Notes: generated by a model from the sequence alone, not told the origin. A DNA stretch of 64,000 nt from Eubacteriales bacterium (GCA_045588085.1 JAZNDN010000081.1:1542-65541); one strand, 5' to 3'; shown: positions 34,105 through 43,509, counted from the first letter of the stretch. A program made the numbers and translations.

Positions 34105-35184
34105 ATGAGCGAAGAAAAGAAGAGAGCTATTCTCAAAAACGTAAAAATCAAAGGTGAGCTTACCGACCTCATAATAGAGGACGGAAAAATCGCACACGTT
34201 GGAAGAACTAAAGAGCCGGGTATAGATTTCTGCGGTCTTAAGCTTTATCCGGGGCTTATAGATATTCACGGCCACGGCTGTCTTGGACACGACGTTTCCG
34301 ACGGAGATGACAGTCTCGGCATTATGGCGGACTATTATCTCGAAAACGGCACTACCACGTGGTTTCCAACAACGGGAACGTTATCCAAAGAGGCGGCCTA
34401 TCGCGCAGTAAGACGCGACCTCAATATAGGTCACGGTGCGAACATGCCGGGATATCACCTTGAAGGACCGTTCCTCAATCCTTTGAAGAAGGGAGCGCAC
34501 GACGAGAATCTTATAACCGCACCTAAGCTTGATTGGATAAAGGAGTGCCCTCTTATAAAGAGAGTCACAATAGCACCTGAGCTTCCCGGATCCAAAAAGT
34601 TCATTGAAGAGTGCGGTATTCAGGTAACAATAGGTCACACCGATGCCGACTACCAGACCGCAATGGGTGCTATGCGCGCCGGCGCGACCTCGCTGACGCA
34701 CACCTTCAACGCTATGAACGGAATACATCACAGAGCACCGGGACCCATCGGGGCGTGTATGGATTCCGAGGGAGTATACGCAGAGCTCATCTGCGACGGA
34801 TACCACGTTCATCCCTCCGTAGTCAGAATGCTCGTAAAAATTATGGGATACGACAGAGTTATACTCGTCAGTGACACGATAGTCAGCACCGGATTACCCG
34901 ACGGAGTTTACGACTCTATAGGGCTGACGGTTTACGTCAGGGACGGAAAGACGTCTCTTGCTGACGGAACGATTGCAGGCTCCACCACAATGCTCTTCGG
35001 CTGTGTTAAGCGTGCGATAGAATTCGGTATACCGGAGGAGGCAGCTGTGAAAATGGCAACCGAGAACCCTGCTCGCCTTATGGGGCTTAACAAGGGTAAA
35101 ATTGAAGTAGGCTACGACGCCGATTTCATACTGGTAGACGATGATTTCAATCTCAAAAAGGTTATAGTCAGAGGAAAGGTTTAA
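34105..35184 (+). CDS. nagA: N-acetylglucosamine-6-phosphate deacetylase
   Basis: I moved the start to ATG 34105 (MSEEKKRAIL, with AGGAG upstream), because the ORF-track start at 34027 lies inside the promoter. The motifs DIHGHGCLGHD, GHTDA and HTFNAM support the call. Confidence 0.85.
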   Translation: MSEEKKRAILKNVKIKGELTDLIIEDGKIAHVGRTKEPGIDFCGLKLYPGLIDIHGHGCLGHDVSDGDDSLGIMADYYLENGTTTWFPTTGTLSKEAAYRAVRRDLNIGHGANMPGYHLEGPFLNPLKKGAHDENLITAPKLDWIKECPLIKRVTIAPELPGSKKFIEECGIQVTIGHTDADYQTAMGAMRAGATSLTHTFNAMNGIHHRAPGPIGACMDSEGVYAELICDGYHVHPSVVRMLVKIMGYDRVILVSDTIVSTGLPDGVYDSIGLTVYVRDGKTSLADGTIAGSTTMLFGCVKRAIEFGIPEEAAVKMATENPARLMGLNKGKIEVGYDADFILVDDDFNLKKVIVRGKV

Positions 35185-35200
35185 CCCGCTTCATCTGACA

Positions 35201-35253
35201 CGGCTAGCCGTAAGAGAGTCGAACCCGCTAGGATTGCTCCCTCTTCCCTAGCC
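35201..35253. repeat. Copy A of a 50-nt intergenic repeat
   Basis: CGGCTAGCCGTAAGAGAGTCGAACCCGCTaGGATTgCTCCCTCTTcCCTA matches 42171..42220 at 47 of 50 positions. It begins 17 nt after the nagA stop. Confidence 0.8.
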
Positions 35254-35297
35254 TAAAAGCAATGCAAAGGAGAGGGCGAGGTGCCCCATGATGCCAT

Positions 35298-36014
35298 ATG
35301 GAAGAAAGATTTACAAGGACCGTGTCGATAATCGGTGAGAATGCGCAGAAAAAGCTTTTCGGGGCACGTGTGATAATATTCGGTGTCGGCGGAGTTGGCG
35401 GATTTGCAGCAGAGGCACTTGCCAGAGCAGGTGTCGGTTCTCTGACGCTTGTAGATAGCGACGTTGTTTCGGAGTCGAATATAAACAGACAGATAATAGC
35501 ACTTCACAGCACCGTTGGCATGAATAAGGTTGACGTTCTTGCTGCGAGAATAAAAGACATTAACCCCGACGCCCGTGTTGAACCAATCAAGGATTTCTTT
35601 CTGCCGGAAAAGGTCGCAAACTACGATTTTTCAAGCTACGACTATATAATAGATGCGATTGATACCGTCAGCGCGAAGCTCGCACTTGCAGAGATTGCGC
35701 AAAACCGCGCAGTACCGATAATCTCCGCCATGGGCGCCGGCAATAAGCTCAATCCATTGGCGTTTGAGGTAACGGATATATACAAAACCTCGGTATGCCC
35801 TCTTGCACGTGCTATGCGTTGCGAGCTAAAAAAGCGCGGAGTTAAATCTCTTAAGGTAGTGTATTCCAAGGAAGAACCGCATCCGAGGCATCCTTCCGCC
35901 GAGAAATATTTTACGGAGGGCGGCAAGGCGCCGGGCAGTATTTCCTTCGTGCCCTCGGCAATGGGACTTATCATAGCAGGCGAGGTTATCAAGGACATTG
36001 TCGGTACGGACTGA
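35298..36014 (+). CDS. tcdA: tRNA threonylcarbamoyladenosine dehydratase (ThiF/MoeB family)
   Basis: 238 aa. The sequence reads RVIIFGVGGVGGFAAEALARAGVGSLTLVDSDVVSESNINRQ. Confidence 0.8.
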   Translation: MEERFTRTVSIIGENAQKKLFGARVIIFGVGGVGGFAAEALARAGVGSLTLVDSDVVSESNINRQIIALHSTVGMNKVDVLAARIKDINPDARVEPIKDFFLPEKVANYDFSSYDYIIDAIDTVSAKLALAEIAQNRAVPIISAMGAGNKLNPLAFEVTDIYKTSVCPLARAMRCELKKRGVKSLKVVYSKEEPHPRHPSAEKYFTEGGKAPGSISFVPSAMGLIIAGEVIKDIVGTD

Positions 36015-36057
36015 TTATTTCCTCTTGCCTATGTTCTTGTCTGTCGATTATAGCAAA

Positions 36058-36096
36058 AGAGTGCAGTTGCGCTTTGGCGTCTGCACTCTTTTTATT
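36058..36096. terminator. Terminator shared by tcdA (+) and the MBL gene (-)
   Basis: The stem is AGAGTGCAG / CTGCACTCT, followed by TTTTTATTT, with AAAA upstream. Confidence 0.65.
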
Positions 36097-36123
36097 TCGG
36101 TGTTTTTGAACCGTTCAGCTACG

Positions 36124-36813
36124 TCAAAGCTTTCTTCTGACAAACGGCTCGAGAATAAGCTTATTTTCAAAATCAAAATTCTTGGGATTTATCTCATCGA
36201 ATAGCCCATAATGAATTGGTACCGCGCATTTTGCGCCTATTTCCTCGGCAAAGTCCGAGGCGTCGGTTGCATTCATGTTATTACCTACTCCGTTTATGGG
36301 CAGGAAGGCATAATCCACTCCGTCCTCACAAAGATCAAGCACGTCGTCTATGACATCGTAATTGTAGAGGGTATCTCCGCTGACGTAGTATGTTCTCTTT
36401 CCGTCGTCTATGATGTATCCTGCAGCGCATCTATCGCTATGCTCGGCACTTACCGCATAGAACGTAACGCCCTTCTCGCTCCACACCGAATGTGGTGCCA
36501 AAAGCACGTAATTATGAGGACCTCCAAGCTCAAGAAGCTTGGTGTATGCATTGTAAGAAGCCAACACGGTTATGGGCTTCTCCGCATTTGAGAGAAATTT
36601 CGAGAGAGTTTCGGGGTCAAGGTGGTCAAGGTGCTCGTGGGTTATGATTATTACGTCGGGATTTATATCAAACACCTCGGATTTGACCGGTATCCTGCGG
36701 TTTTTGGCGGGATTTTTCTCTCCAAGCGAATTTGAAAGATACGGGTCTATCATAACCGTAATTCTGTCGTTTTCAAAAACCAATCCGGCTTGCGTTATCC
36801 AGGTTACGTACAT
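36124..36813 (-). CDS. MBL-fold metallo-hydrolase
   Basis: I moved the start to ATG 36813 (MYVTWITQAG, with AAGGAGG upstream). The metal motif reads ITHEHLDHLD. Confidence 0.75.
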   Translation of the reverse strand: MYVTWITQAGLVFENDRITVMIDPYLSNSLGEKNPAKNRRIPVKSEVFDINPDVIIITHEHLDHLDPETLSKFLSNAEKPITVLASYNAYTKLLELGGPHNYVLLAPHSVWSEKGVTFYAVSAEHSDRCAAGYIIDDGKRTYYVSGDTLYNYDVIDDVLDLCEDGVDYAFLPINGVGNNMNATDASDFAEEIGAKCAVPIHYGLFDEINPKNFDFENKLILEPFVRRKL

Positions 36814-36843
36814 AGGAAATCCTCCTTGATATAATGTCACATA

Positions 36844-37494
36844 TTATCCGATAATAGCACCCGATATCAGCATTCCCAGAACGCCGGTAACGATACCTAT
36901 TGCCGCGCCTGCCACGGTATCTCTGATAAAATGCATGCCGAGTAAAATTCTGCACACGGCGAGTATGCCGCCCAAAAGAGCAAGACCTATGCCCAATACG
37001 AGATTATCAAAAGCTAGCGTTGCAGCTATTACGAATATTGAGAATACGTGGCGGCTCGGGAAACCCTCGCCTCTTTTGCTTTTTGGCGGTTTTTTATAAA
37101 ACGGATACGTTTCATAAGGCCGCGGAGCGTCAAAGAGCTTGCGCATGATGCTCACGAGTATAAAGGGAACCGCGCAAACGGCAACGTATCTGACGGCAGT
37201 CAGCGGCGACGACGGTATTTGTACTACGATATTGTAGCCATAAGCATACACCGTCAATGCAACAGAGACGTAGGACAAAATCTGCAGTATTTTCGACACG
37301 GTTTCGTCCTTATAGACCTTATAAAGTGTGGCATCGTAGCGTCCCTGCGGCTCATACACCTCCTCCGGAGGCTCTGCGAAATCCAAATCCTCGGGCTCGG
37401 GAATATCGCGCTCCTCTGCGTCAAAAAACTCATTTTCCGGAATCTCGGCACCCTCGTCCGTCTCGCATAAATCGGGGTTGTTTTTTTTAGTCAT
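36844..37494 (-). CDS. PAP2-family (type 2 phosphatidic acid phosphatase-like) membrane phosphatase with an acidic N-terminal extension
   Basis: 216 aa. The motifs KLFDAPRP and GFPSRHVFS match the PAP2 signature. The first 60 aa or so are rich in D, E and P. Confidence 0.7.
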   Translation of the reverse strand: MTKKNNPDLCETDEGAEIPENEFFDAEERDIPEPEDLDFAEPPEEVYEPQGRYDATLYKVYKDETVSKILQILSYVSVALTVYAYGYNIVVQIPSSPLTAVRYVAVCAVPFILVSIMRKLFDAPRPYETYPFYKKPPKSKRGEGFPSRHVFSIFVIAATLAFDNLVLGIGLALLGGILAVCRILLGMHFIRDTVAGAAIGIVTGVLGMLISGAIIG

Positions 37495-37524
37495 ATCTTA
37501 AATCCTTATTACAAAGCGCTTTTA

Positions 37525-38457
37525 TCAGTGCAAAACACCGACTCCCAAGACTCCCGCCTGCTTAGATGCGGCGTTTGCTGCACGTACTGCAGCGTTATAA
37601 TTAGCAACGCGCTGCGTCAGCGCAGATTTTGCGGACTGCACTTCGTTTGCAGTGGAATCAACGCCCTGCATTTCGGAATATGCCTCGCAAAGCGCGGAAT
37701 AAATGCTCTGAGCCTGACTTATTGACTGAACAGCCTCTATAAAGCTTGCCGCCTCGGTGTCCTTGGCGCTGATAAAAGCCCCTGCTAACAGCAGGTTTGC
37801 ATTTGCCTCATCGAATCCCTCGTGACCTTCAAAGAAATCCTCGGAATTCTCGCCTTTCAGCAATACGTCTTTGTATTTTACCGCCATGTCATATTCGGAT
37901 TTCACCTTCGAATAGCTCTGCGACTGAGCAGCGGCAGCAGCGCTTTGAACGAATTTGTCCATCGTATCCATAAGTTCCAGATATCTTCTTTCAAATTCTT
38001 TGAATTTTGATATCGCACTCTGGACGTAGCCTTTGAACTTACCGTTCTGCGAGTAAGTGTCAAGAATAAGCCTTCCGACGTCCATATATTCGCAAAGCTG
38101 CGAAAAGCTTTCGCACAAAGAATAATTATCCTCAAGCTCGTTATAATACTCGTTTATAAATTCCAAAGCACTGTCAAACATTGCTTTTTCGGAAATATAG
38201 TATTCATACGCTTCAAAAAGTTCTGAGGAAACCGCCCCCTCCTCGATTTCTCCGAGAGGCACGAGCTTAAGAGCCGCATCCTCGATAGCCGTATCCCAGT
38301 TATAAGAATCCGATTCCCTAAGAGCCTCAACGCTATCTATAAACGCCTGCTCTTGCGAGGTGGCATAGCAAGGTAAAAGCATCGCAAAAATAAGAATCGA
38401 TACCGCCAGAGCCGCGCTGACGAAGCGGGTTAATATACGTGAGGTGGCTTTTTTCAT
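37525..38457 (-). CDS. Secreted all-helical protein, unknown function
   Basis: I moved the start to ATG 38457 (MKKATSRILTRFVSAALAVSILIFAMLLPCYA, with AAGGAG upstream). It shares the degenerate F[IV]xx[VA]xx[IL] helical motif with the 853-aa protein. Confidence 0.55.
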   Translation of the reverse strand: MKKATSRILTRFVSAALAVSILIFAMLLPCYATSQEQAFIDSVEALRESDSYNWDTAIEDAALKLVPLGEIEEGAVSSELFEAYEYYISEKAMFDSALEFINEYYNELEDNYSLCESFSQLCEYMDVGRLILDTYSQNGKFKGYVQSAISKFKEFERRYLELMDTMDKFVQSAAAAAQSQSYSKVKSEYDMAVKYKDVLLKGENSEDFFEGHEGFDEANANLLLAGAFISAKDTEAASFIEAVQSISQAQSIYSALCEAYSEMQGVDSTANEVQSAKSALTQRVANYNAAVRAANAASKQAGVLGVGVLH

Positions 38458-38559
38458 TTCGTTCTCCTTCGCCGTAAGAGTCATTTGTATACTATCTCAT
38501 TTTAATTATATATTTTTGAGTAAAAATTTTCAATAGACATTTACGACAAATTTAGAAAG

Positions 38560-39969
38560 TCATTTTTGTATAAAATCGTCTTTCTTAACTCTGAAGAAAA
38601 GGCGTTTGAGTGCACTGAAATTAAAGGGAACGAGAGGATAAAGATAGCTGCGCTTCCCTGTTACCGTTACGTTTGTCGAGACGAAAACAGCAAAAAGAAC
38701 GACCCCTACGATGAATCCCGGCAAGCCGAGAAAATAGACTAACCCCAGAATCATCATTCGCATAAATTTGAACGCGTAGCCAAGCTCGTGATTCTGCTGA
38801 GCGAAATTCGCTATTGAAACACACGCCATATAGAATATGACGTCCTGACAAAACCAACCGACGCCCACGCCGAAATCTCCCAGTATAAGAGCACCTACGA
38901 CGGATAGCGAATTTGAGAGCATGCTTGGGGTATTCATCGAAGCAAGCTTCAATCCGTCTATTGCCAGCTCAGCAATAAATAGCTGGAGTATAATAGGCAG
39001 AGCACCCGGATTTTCCGGAATCAAAAATCGCAGAGCGACAGGAGCCGTGTCGCCGTTTTCAAGCAGAAGGTACCAAAGCGGCGTTGCGACGACGGACAGA
39101 AGAAGAATGGCTATTCTTATAAATCTGAGATACGTTCCGGTAAGCGGAGGAAAGGCGTAATCGTCTGCCTCCTCGGTAAAATCAAAGATTGAGGTGGGCA
39201 GTATCATAACCTCCGGTGAGGTGTCGCAAAAGACCAGCACGCTTCCCTCCAGCACCTGCGCTGAGGCAGTATCCGGACGCTCTGTGGTTCTTATCTTAGG
39301 GAATGGGTTGTACCACCGTCTTCGAATAAGGCTTTCGGCAAGGCTTTGCGTTCCGAGAGTGAGCGTTCTCGGAGTGCAATTTTTTATTTTTTCGCACACG
39401 GCATCCACGTAATCGGCTTTTGCAACCCCCTCCATATAGCATACGACGACGTCGGTGTGTGATGAGCCGCCCATGTCGAAATGGCGCATTGTTAGTCTGG
39501 GGTCGCGCACTCGCCTACGCAAAAGTGCCGTATTCATTACCAAGGTTTCCACAAATCCGTCGCGCGCGCCCTGCATAACTCTGTCGCTTTCCGGCTCAGA
39601 GGTCTGTCTTGCCGGGTAAGTTCTCAAATCAAGGAGTATAGCCTCGGCGCCGAAGCTTTGTGCAAAAAACACGGTCTGACCGGACAAAACTGCGGTAATA
39701 ATTTTACACGCATCGCCGCATCTCTCCACCTCGACGTACGGAATTATACGTTCAACCTCTTCCGCCGAGCCGAGCTTTGTGCGTCCGAGAAGATACTGCA
39801 TAACTCTTTGCAGCTCACCGTCCTTAACGAATCCGTCTATATAGAAAAAGCTTGCTCCGGTATCACCCAGCCGCATCTTCTTATGAATGATATCAAAGCT
39901 TGCTTCGGCTCTGAGCTCGGTTCTCATCATATTTATATTTTCAAAGTAATCTTCGACCAGAAATGGCAT
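38560..39969 (-). CDS. GerA-family spore germination protein (A-subunit type, SpoVAF-like), orphan
   Basis: 469 aa. The motifs RTYPARQTSEPESDRVMQGARDGFVETL, TERPD and DDYAFPP, plus the C-terminal TM segments, fit the GerA family. I see no adjacent GerB- or GerC-type genes. Confidence 0.8.
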   Translation of the reverse strand: MPFLVEDYFENINMMRTELRAEASFDIIHKKMRLGDTGASFFYIDGFVKDGELQRVMQYLLGRTKLGSAEEVERIIPYVEVERCGDACKIITAVLSGQTVFFAQSFGAEAILLDLRTYPARQTSEPESDRVMQGARDGFVETLVMNTALLRRRVRDPRLTMRHFDMGGSSHTDVVVCYMEGVAKADYVDAVCEKIKNCTPRTLTLGTQSLAESLIRRRWYNPFPKIRTTERPDTASAQVLEGSVLVFCDTSPEVMILPTSIFDFTEEADDYAFPPLTGTYLRFIRIAILLLSVVATPLWYLLLENGDTAPVALRFLIPENPGALPIILQLFIAELAIDGLKLASMNTPSMLSNSLSVVGALILGDFGVGVGWFCQDVIFYMACVSIANFAQQNHELGYAFKFMRMMILGLVYFLGLPGFIVGVVLFAVFVSTNVTVTGKRSYLYPLVPFNFSALKRLFFRVKKDDFIQK

Positions 39970-40051
39970 AGCATCTCCCCTCTTACGCCTGCAATGTTTT
40001 CCTTTTAAGTTTTATTCTTGAAACGCTTTTTTATACACGTGTAAGCAGCAG

Positions 40052-40080
40052 TTGACAAAATACCATCAAAATGTTACAAT
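40052..40080 (+). promoter_or_regulatory. Sigma-A promoter for birA
   Basis: TTGACA (40052..40057), 17 nt, then TACAAT (40075..40080). Confidence 0.6.
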
Positions 40081-40119
40081 GATTACACGCGCAGACAGCG
40101 TAGCAGTAAGGAGACCTTT

Positions 40120-40932
40120 ATGATAGAAAAAACGCAAGTGGCTACCGATTCCAAAAGGCTTTTGCAAACAGCAATTAACGGATATCTTTCCGATGGGACA
40201 GCACCTGAATTTATACTTTTTGAATCAATAGGCTCTACAAATACCTTTGCAAAGGAATTCGCAAGAGCAAATCCTATATCGGAGAATGGGATTATAATAG
40301 CCGCAGACGGTCAAACGGCAGGCAGAGGAAGGCTCGGCAGAAGCTTTTTATCCGACACGGGTCGCGGTTTATACCTTACTTACCTTTTTAAGCCCACTCT
40401 GTCTGCAAATAAAATCATTCATCTTACAACCTGTGCCGCAGTCGCGGTTTGCTCGGTGCTCGATGAACTCACGGGCGCGAAAACCGAGATAAAATGGGTA
40501 AACGACGTATATCTGGGTGGCAAAAAACTTGCCGGAATTCTTACCGAAGGCGAGTTCGACCAAGCAAAAGGCGCTTTCAGCTTTGCGGCAGTTGGCATAG
40601 GCATAAATCTTTACGACGTTCCCTTTCCAAAAGATTTAGACAGCATCGCCACGAACCTTCAACACGAGTGCGGAATTGCCGTTGACAAAAATCTTCTTTT
40701 GGCAAAGCTTGCAAAGAGGCTTATGCAAATGCTCAAATCCGCAGAGAATTACATAGACGAATACCGTAGCAGATGCTTTGTTATCGGTGAGCGCGTGCGC
40801 GTTTTAGCTTCAGGTGGGCAGTATGAAGCCGTCGCAGAGGCAGTGAGCGACGACGGCGAGCTTGTTGTAAAACTCGACACGGGTGAGCGCAAATCTCTTT
40901 TCAGTGGCGAGATAAGTATAAGAAAAGCATAA
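40120..40932 (+). CDS. birA: Biotin--[acetyl-CoA-carboxylase] ligase (group I, no N-terminal HTH)
   Basis: 270 aa. It has the GRGRLGRSF motif and KWVNDVYLGGKKLAGIL. Confidence 0.85.
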   Translation: MIEKTQVATDSKRLLQTAINGYLSDGTAPEFILFESIGSTNTFAKEFARANPISENGIIIAADGQTAGRGRLGRSFLSDTGRGLYLTYLFKPTLSANKIIHLTTCAAVAVCSVLDELTGAKTEIKWVNDVYLGGKKLAGILTEGEFDQAKGAFSFAAVGIGINLYDVPFPKDLDSIATNLQHECGIAVDKNLLLAKLAKRLMQMLKSAENYIDEYRSRCFVIGERVRVLASGGQYEAVAEAVSDDGELVVKLDTGERKSLFSGEISIRKA

Positions 40933-41055
40933 ATTGTTATGAATTTTTTGGAATATTAGTGTTGAACAATTTTAAGTATTATGATAAAATATTATTGATA
41001 CATTTCACATCGAAAGCGTCACGCTAATTTCAAACGGATAAGGAGCGTCACAGCC

Positions 41056-42033
41056 TTGATAACACTATCCAAGCTTGCAAAAATGGCAAACGTATCTATC
41101 TCCACCGCTTCAAAGGCATTTTCCATGAGCCCTGAGGTGAACGAGCAGACGAGGAAAATGATTTTCAATATTGCCAAAAAGCACGGTGTATTCAAAAAAT
41201 TTTACAATGCCAAATACCCGCGTCTTGTAATCGGCGTTATATGCCCCGAATTTGAAGGCCAGTGCTATGCAAACGCTATTTCAACGCTTCAGAAGGAGCT
41301 TAGTGCCCGTGAATGCGAGATTTCCGTGGCATCGAGCAATTTCTCTGCGGATAGCAGCAATAAGCTTTTTGAATACTACTGTAATTACACTAACGTTGAC
41401 GGTATAATAATCATGGATGCCCGTTCTGACCAATACAGCAACGAAATTCCGTGCGTGTATATGTCGGAGAACATTCCTGACGCGGCAAAAAACGAGCCAA
41501 ATGCAACGTTCGCTCATATAAGCTGCAACTCATCGGATGCCATACTTGAGGGAATCAAGACCTTTGTCGATGCCGGAATCTACGATATAGGGTATATAGG
41601 CGAGCCGCACAGCATACGCAGATTTAATTTTTTCAAAAACGCGATGCATAGCCTCGGTATACCGTTCAAAAACGAGTACGTAGTAAACGATTCTGCACGT
41701 TTTGAAGAGGGCGGATATCAGGGTATGATGCGTCTATTTGAAAGAAACACCGTACCCCGTGCCATATTTTGCTGTTACGACCATATAGCAATAGGAGCCA
41801 TGCGGGCAATTCGCGAGCGCGGCTTATCTGTACCGGATGACATAAAGCTTTTCGCTTTTGACGATATTTCGGAGGCTAAATATCTGACCCCCTCGCTTTC
41901 TTCCGTCAATACGAAAATGCGGGAACGCTGTGCTCTGGCGGCATCCACGGTAGTGAATATGATAACCGGAGAGCCGTACGAGAGCGAAATACGCTTGAGG
42001 TCGGAATTTATTGCAAGAGAATCCACTATGTAA
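41056..42033 (+). CDS. LacI-family transcriptional regulator
   Basis: 325 aa with a TTG start and AAGGAG 10 nt upstream. The HTH reads LSKLAKMANVSISTASKAFS. The C-terminal part is a periplasmic-binding-protein-like sugar-binding fold. Confidence 0.8.
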   Translation: MITLSKLAKMANVSISTASKAFSMSPEVNEQTRKMIFNIAKKHGVFKKFYNAKYPRLVIGVICPEFEGQCYANAISTLQKELSARECEISVASSNFSADSSNKLFEYYCNYTNVDGIIIMDARSDQYSNEIPCVYMSENIPDAAKNEPNATFAHISCNSSDAILEGIKTFVDAGIYDIGYIGEPHSIRRFNFFKNAMHSLGIPFKNEYVVNDSARFEEGGYQGMMRLFERNTVPRAIFCCYDHIAIGAMRAIRERGLSVPDDIKLFAFDDISEAKYLTPSLSSVNTKMRERCALAASTVVNMITGEPYESEIRLRSEFIARESTM

Positions 42034-42170
42034 GCGGTGCAAATATGCACTCCTTGCGAGTTCCGCCTTGAAACCGCTCCGTTGCGAGATGTATGAAGAA
42101 CCGAAAAAAGCAAAACCCCCGTTCGACCGTGGAAATTTCTCCGGGTCAGACGGGGATTTACATTTTAGTT

Positions 42171-42223
42171 CGGCTAGCCGTAAGAGAGTCGAACCCGCTC
42201 GGATTACTCCCTCTTGCCTAAGC
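42171..42223. repeat. Copy B of the 50-nt intergenic repeat
   Basis: CGGCTAGCCGTAAGAGAGTCGAACCCGCTcGGATTaCTCCCTCTTgCCTA. It lies directly after the pfkA stop on the opposite strand, next to a long hairpin (42116..42156) with U-tracts. Confidence 0.8.
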
Positions 42224-42227
42224 GTGA

Positions 42228-43292
42228 TTAAAGGCTTATACGGTACTCAATATCATAAAGCTGACTGATGCGCTCGCGTCTTCTTGCACACTCTAATTTC
42301 ATTTTGGCAAGAGTTGCCTCATTAATGCCGGCAAGCTCCTCTTCGGTTATATTGCCCTTGTAAAGTTTGTCAAGAAGAAGTGCATACGAGATATCGTGTG
42401 CAACTATTTTGCCCTCGCGCTCGCAAATTACGATGTTGGATTCGCCCGAAAGAAGCTTATCTACCGCATAGGTTCCCATTTTGGTGGCAAGAATTCTATC
42501 GCGCAAGGTAGGCGTACCGCCTCTTACGATATGAGCAAATCTTGCAAACTTTGTTTCAACACCGGTTTCCTTCTCTATCTTTTTCGCCAGAGCGGGAGCG
42601 TACTCAGTGCCGAGTCCCTCGGATACGATAACTATAAAATTACGCTTGCCAAGCTTCTTGGAGCTTTTTATCTTTTTAATGACAGCCTTCTCGTCAAAAT
42701 CGAATTCGGGAACTGCAACGGCTGTCGCGCCGGCTGCAAGAGCGGTTACAAGAGCAATATCACCTGCTCCGCGTCCCATGACCTCGATTACGTTACAGCG
42801 AGCGTGTGATTCGCAGGTATCTCTGAGCTTATCTACAAGGTCAAGTGCCGTATTCGATGCGGTATCAAAGCCGATAGTACTGTCGGTTGAGCTTATATCG
42901 TTATCAATAGTTCCGGGAATTCCTATGCATGGAACGCCGTGCTCAGTCAGCGCGGTTGCGCCTCTGAAGGTTCCGTCACCGCCTATTGTAACTATTCCAT
43001 CAATCTCGAATTTTCTGCAGGTTTCAACCGCTTTTGCCATTCCCTCGGGTGTTTTAAGCTCAGGGCAACGGTCGGAATAAAGGACCGTACCGCCCTTGTT
43101 AATCGTATTGGATACGTCTCTGACGCCAAGCTTGCGTATATCTCCGTCTATAAGACCCGAATAGCCGCGGTATATTCCGACAACCTCTACGCCGTTAGAA
43201 AGTGCAGCACGGACGACCGCTCTGACAGCAGCATTCATTCCGGGGGCATCTCCTCCCGAGGTAAGCACTCCGATTCGTTTAAATTCCTTCAT
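42228..43292 (-). CDS. pfkA: ATP-dependent 6-phosphofructokinase
   Basis: 354 aa. It has GVLTSGGDAPGMNAA and the TIDND motif. It carries about 35 extra C-terminal residues relative to the usual length of about 320 aa. Confidence 0.9.
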   Translation of the reverse strand: MKEFKRIGVLTSGGDAPGMNAAVRAVVRAALSNGVEVVGIYRGYSGLIDGDIRKLGVRDVSNTINKGGTVLYSDRCPELKTPEGMAKAVETCRKFEIDGIVTIGGDGTFRGATALTEHGVPCIGIPGTIDNDISSTDSTIGFDTASNTALDLVDKLRDTCESHARCNVIEVMGRGAGDIALVTALAAGATAVAVPEFDFDEKAVIKKIKSSKKLGKRNFIVIVSEGLGTEYAPALAKKIEKETGVETKFARFAHIVRGGTPTLRDRILATKMGTYAVDKLLSGESNIVICEREGKIVAHDISYALLLDKLYKGNITEEELAGINEATLAKMKLECARRRERISQLYDIEYRISL

Positions 43293-43480
43293 TTTTTACC
43301 TTCTTTTGCTATATATAGTGTTCGTAAGCCGCATAAAATCCGTGGCTCACCCTTTGTTTTCCCAGCATATTATACTACATAATTTTTCCTTTTGCAATCC
43401 TTTTTAATAAAAACCTCTCATTTTTTATGGACATTTTGCTAAAAATTTTATATATTTACTCTAATTTTTGGCGGTGGCAA

Positions 43481-43509
43481 TTGACAAACCTTCGAAATTG
43501 TGATACAAT
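43481..43509 (+). promoter_or_regulatory. Sigma-A promoter for the MGS-like gene
   Basis: TTGACA (43481..43486), a 17-nt spacer ending TGTGA, then TACAAT (43504..43509). Confidence 0.6.

Noticed and set aside
35201-35253. Possible tRNA or tRNA fragment, because of the GGGTTCGAC T-arm-like core on the minus strand.
   Set aside because: The flanks do not pair into a T-stem, and no acceptor, anticodon or D arm can be drawn. I did not recognise a tRNA gene by eye anywhere in the window.
35254-42170. The 7-kb segment bounded by the two direct repeat copies, considered as a mobile island.
   Set aside because: Its content is housekeeping or sporulation genes (tcdA, MBL hydrolase, PAP2, GerA-family gene, birA, LacI-family gene). 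It has no integrase, recombinase or transposase, and I see no obvious compositional break by eye.
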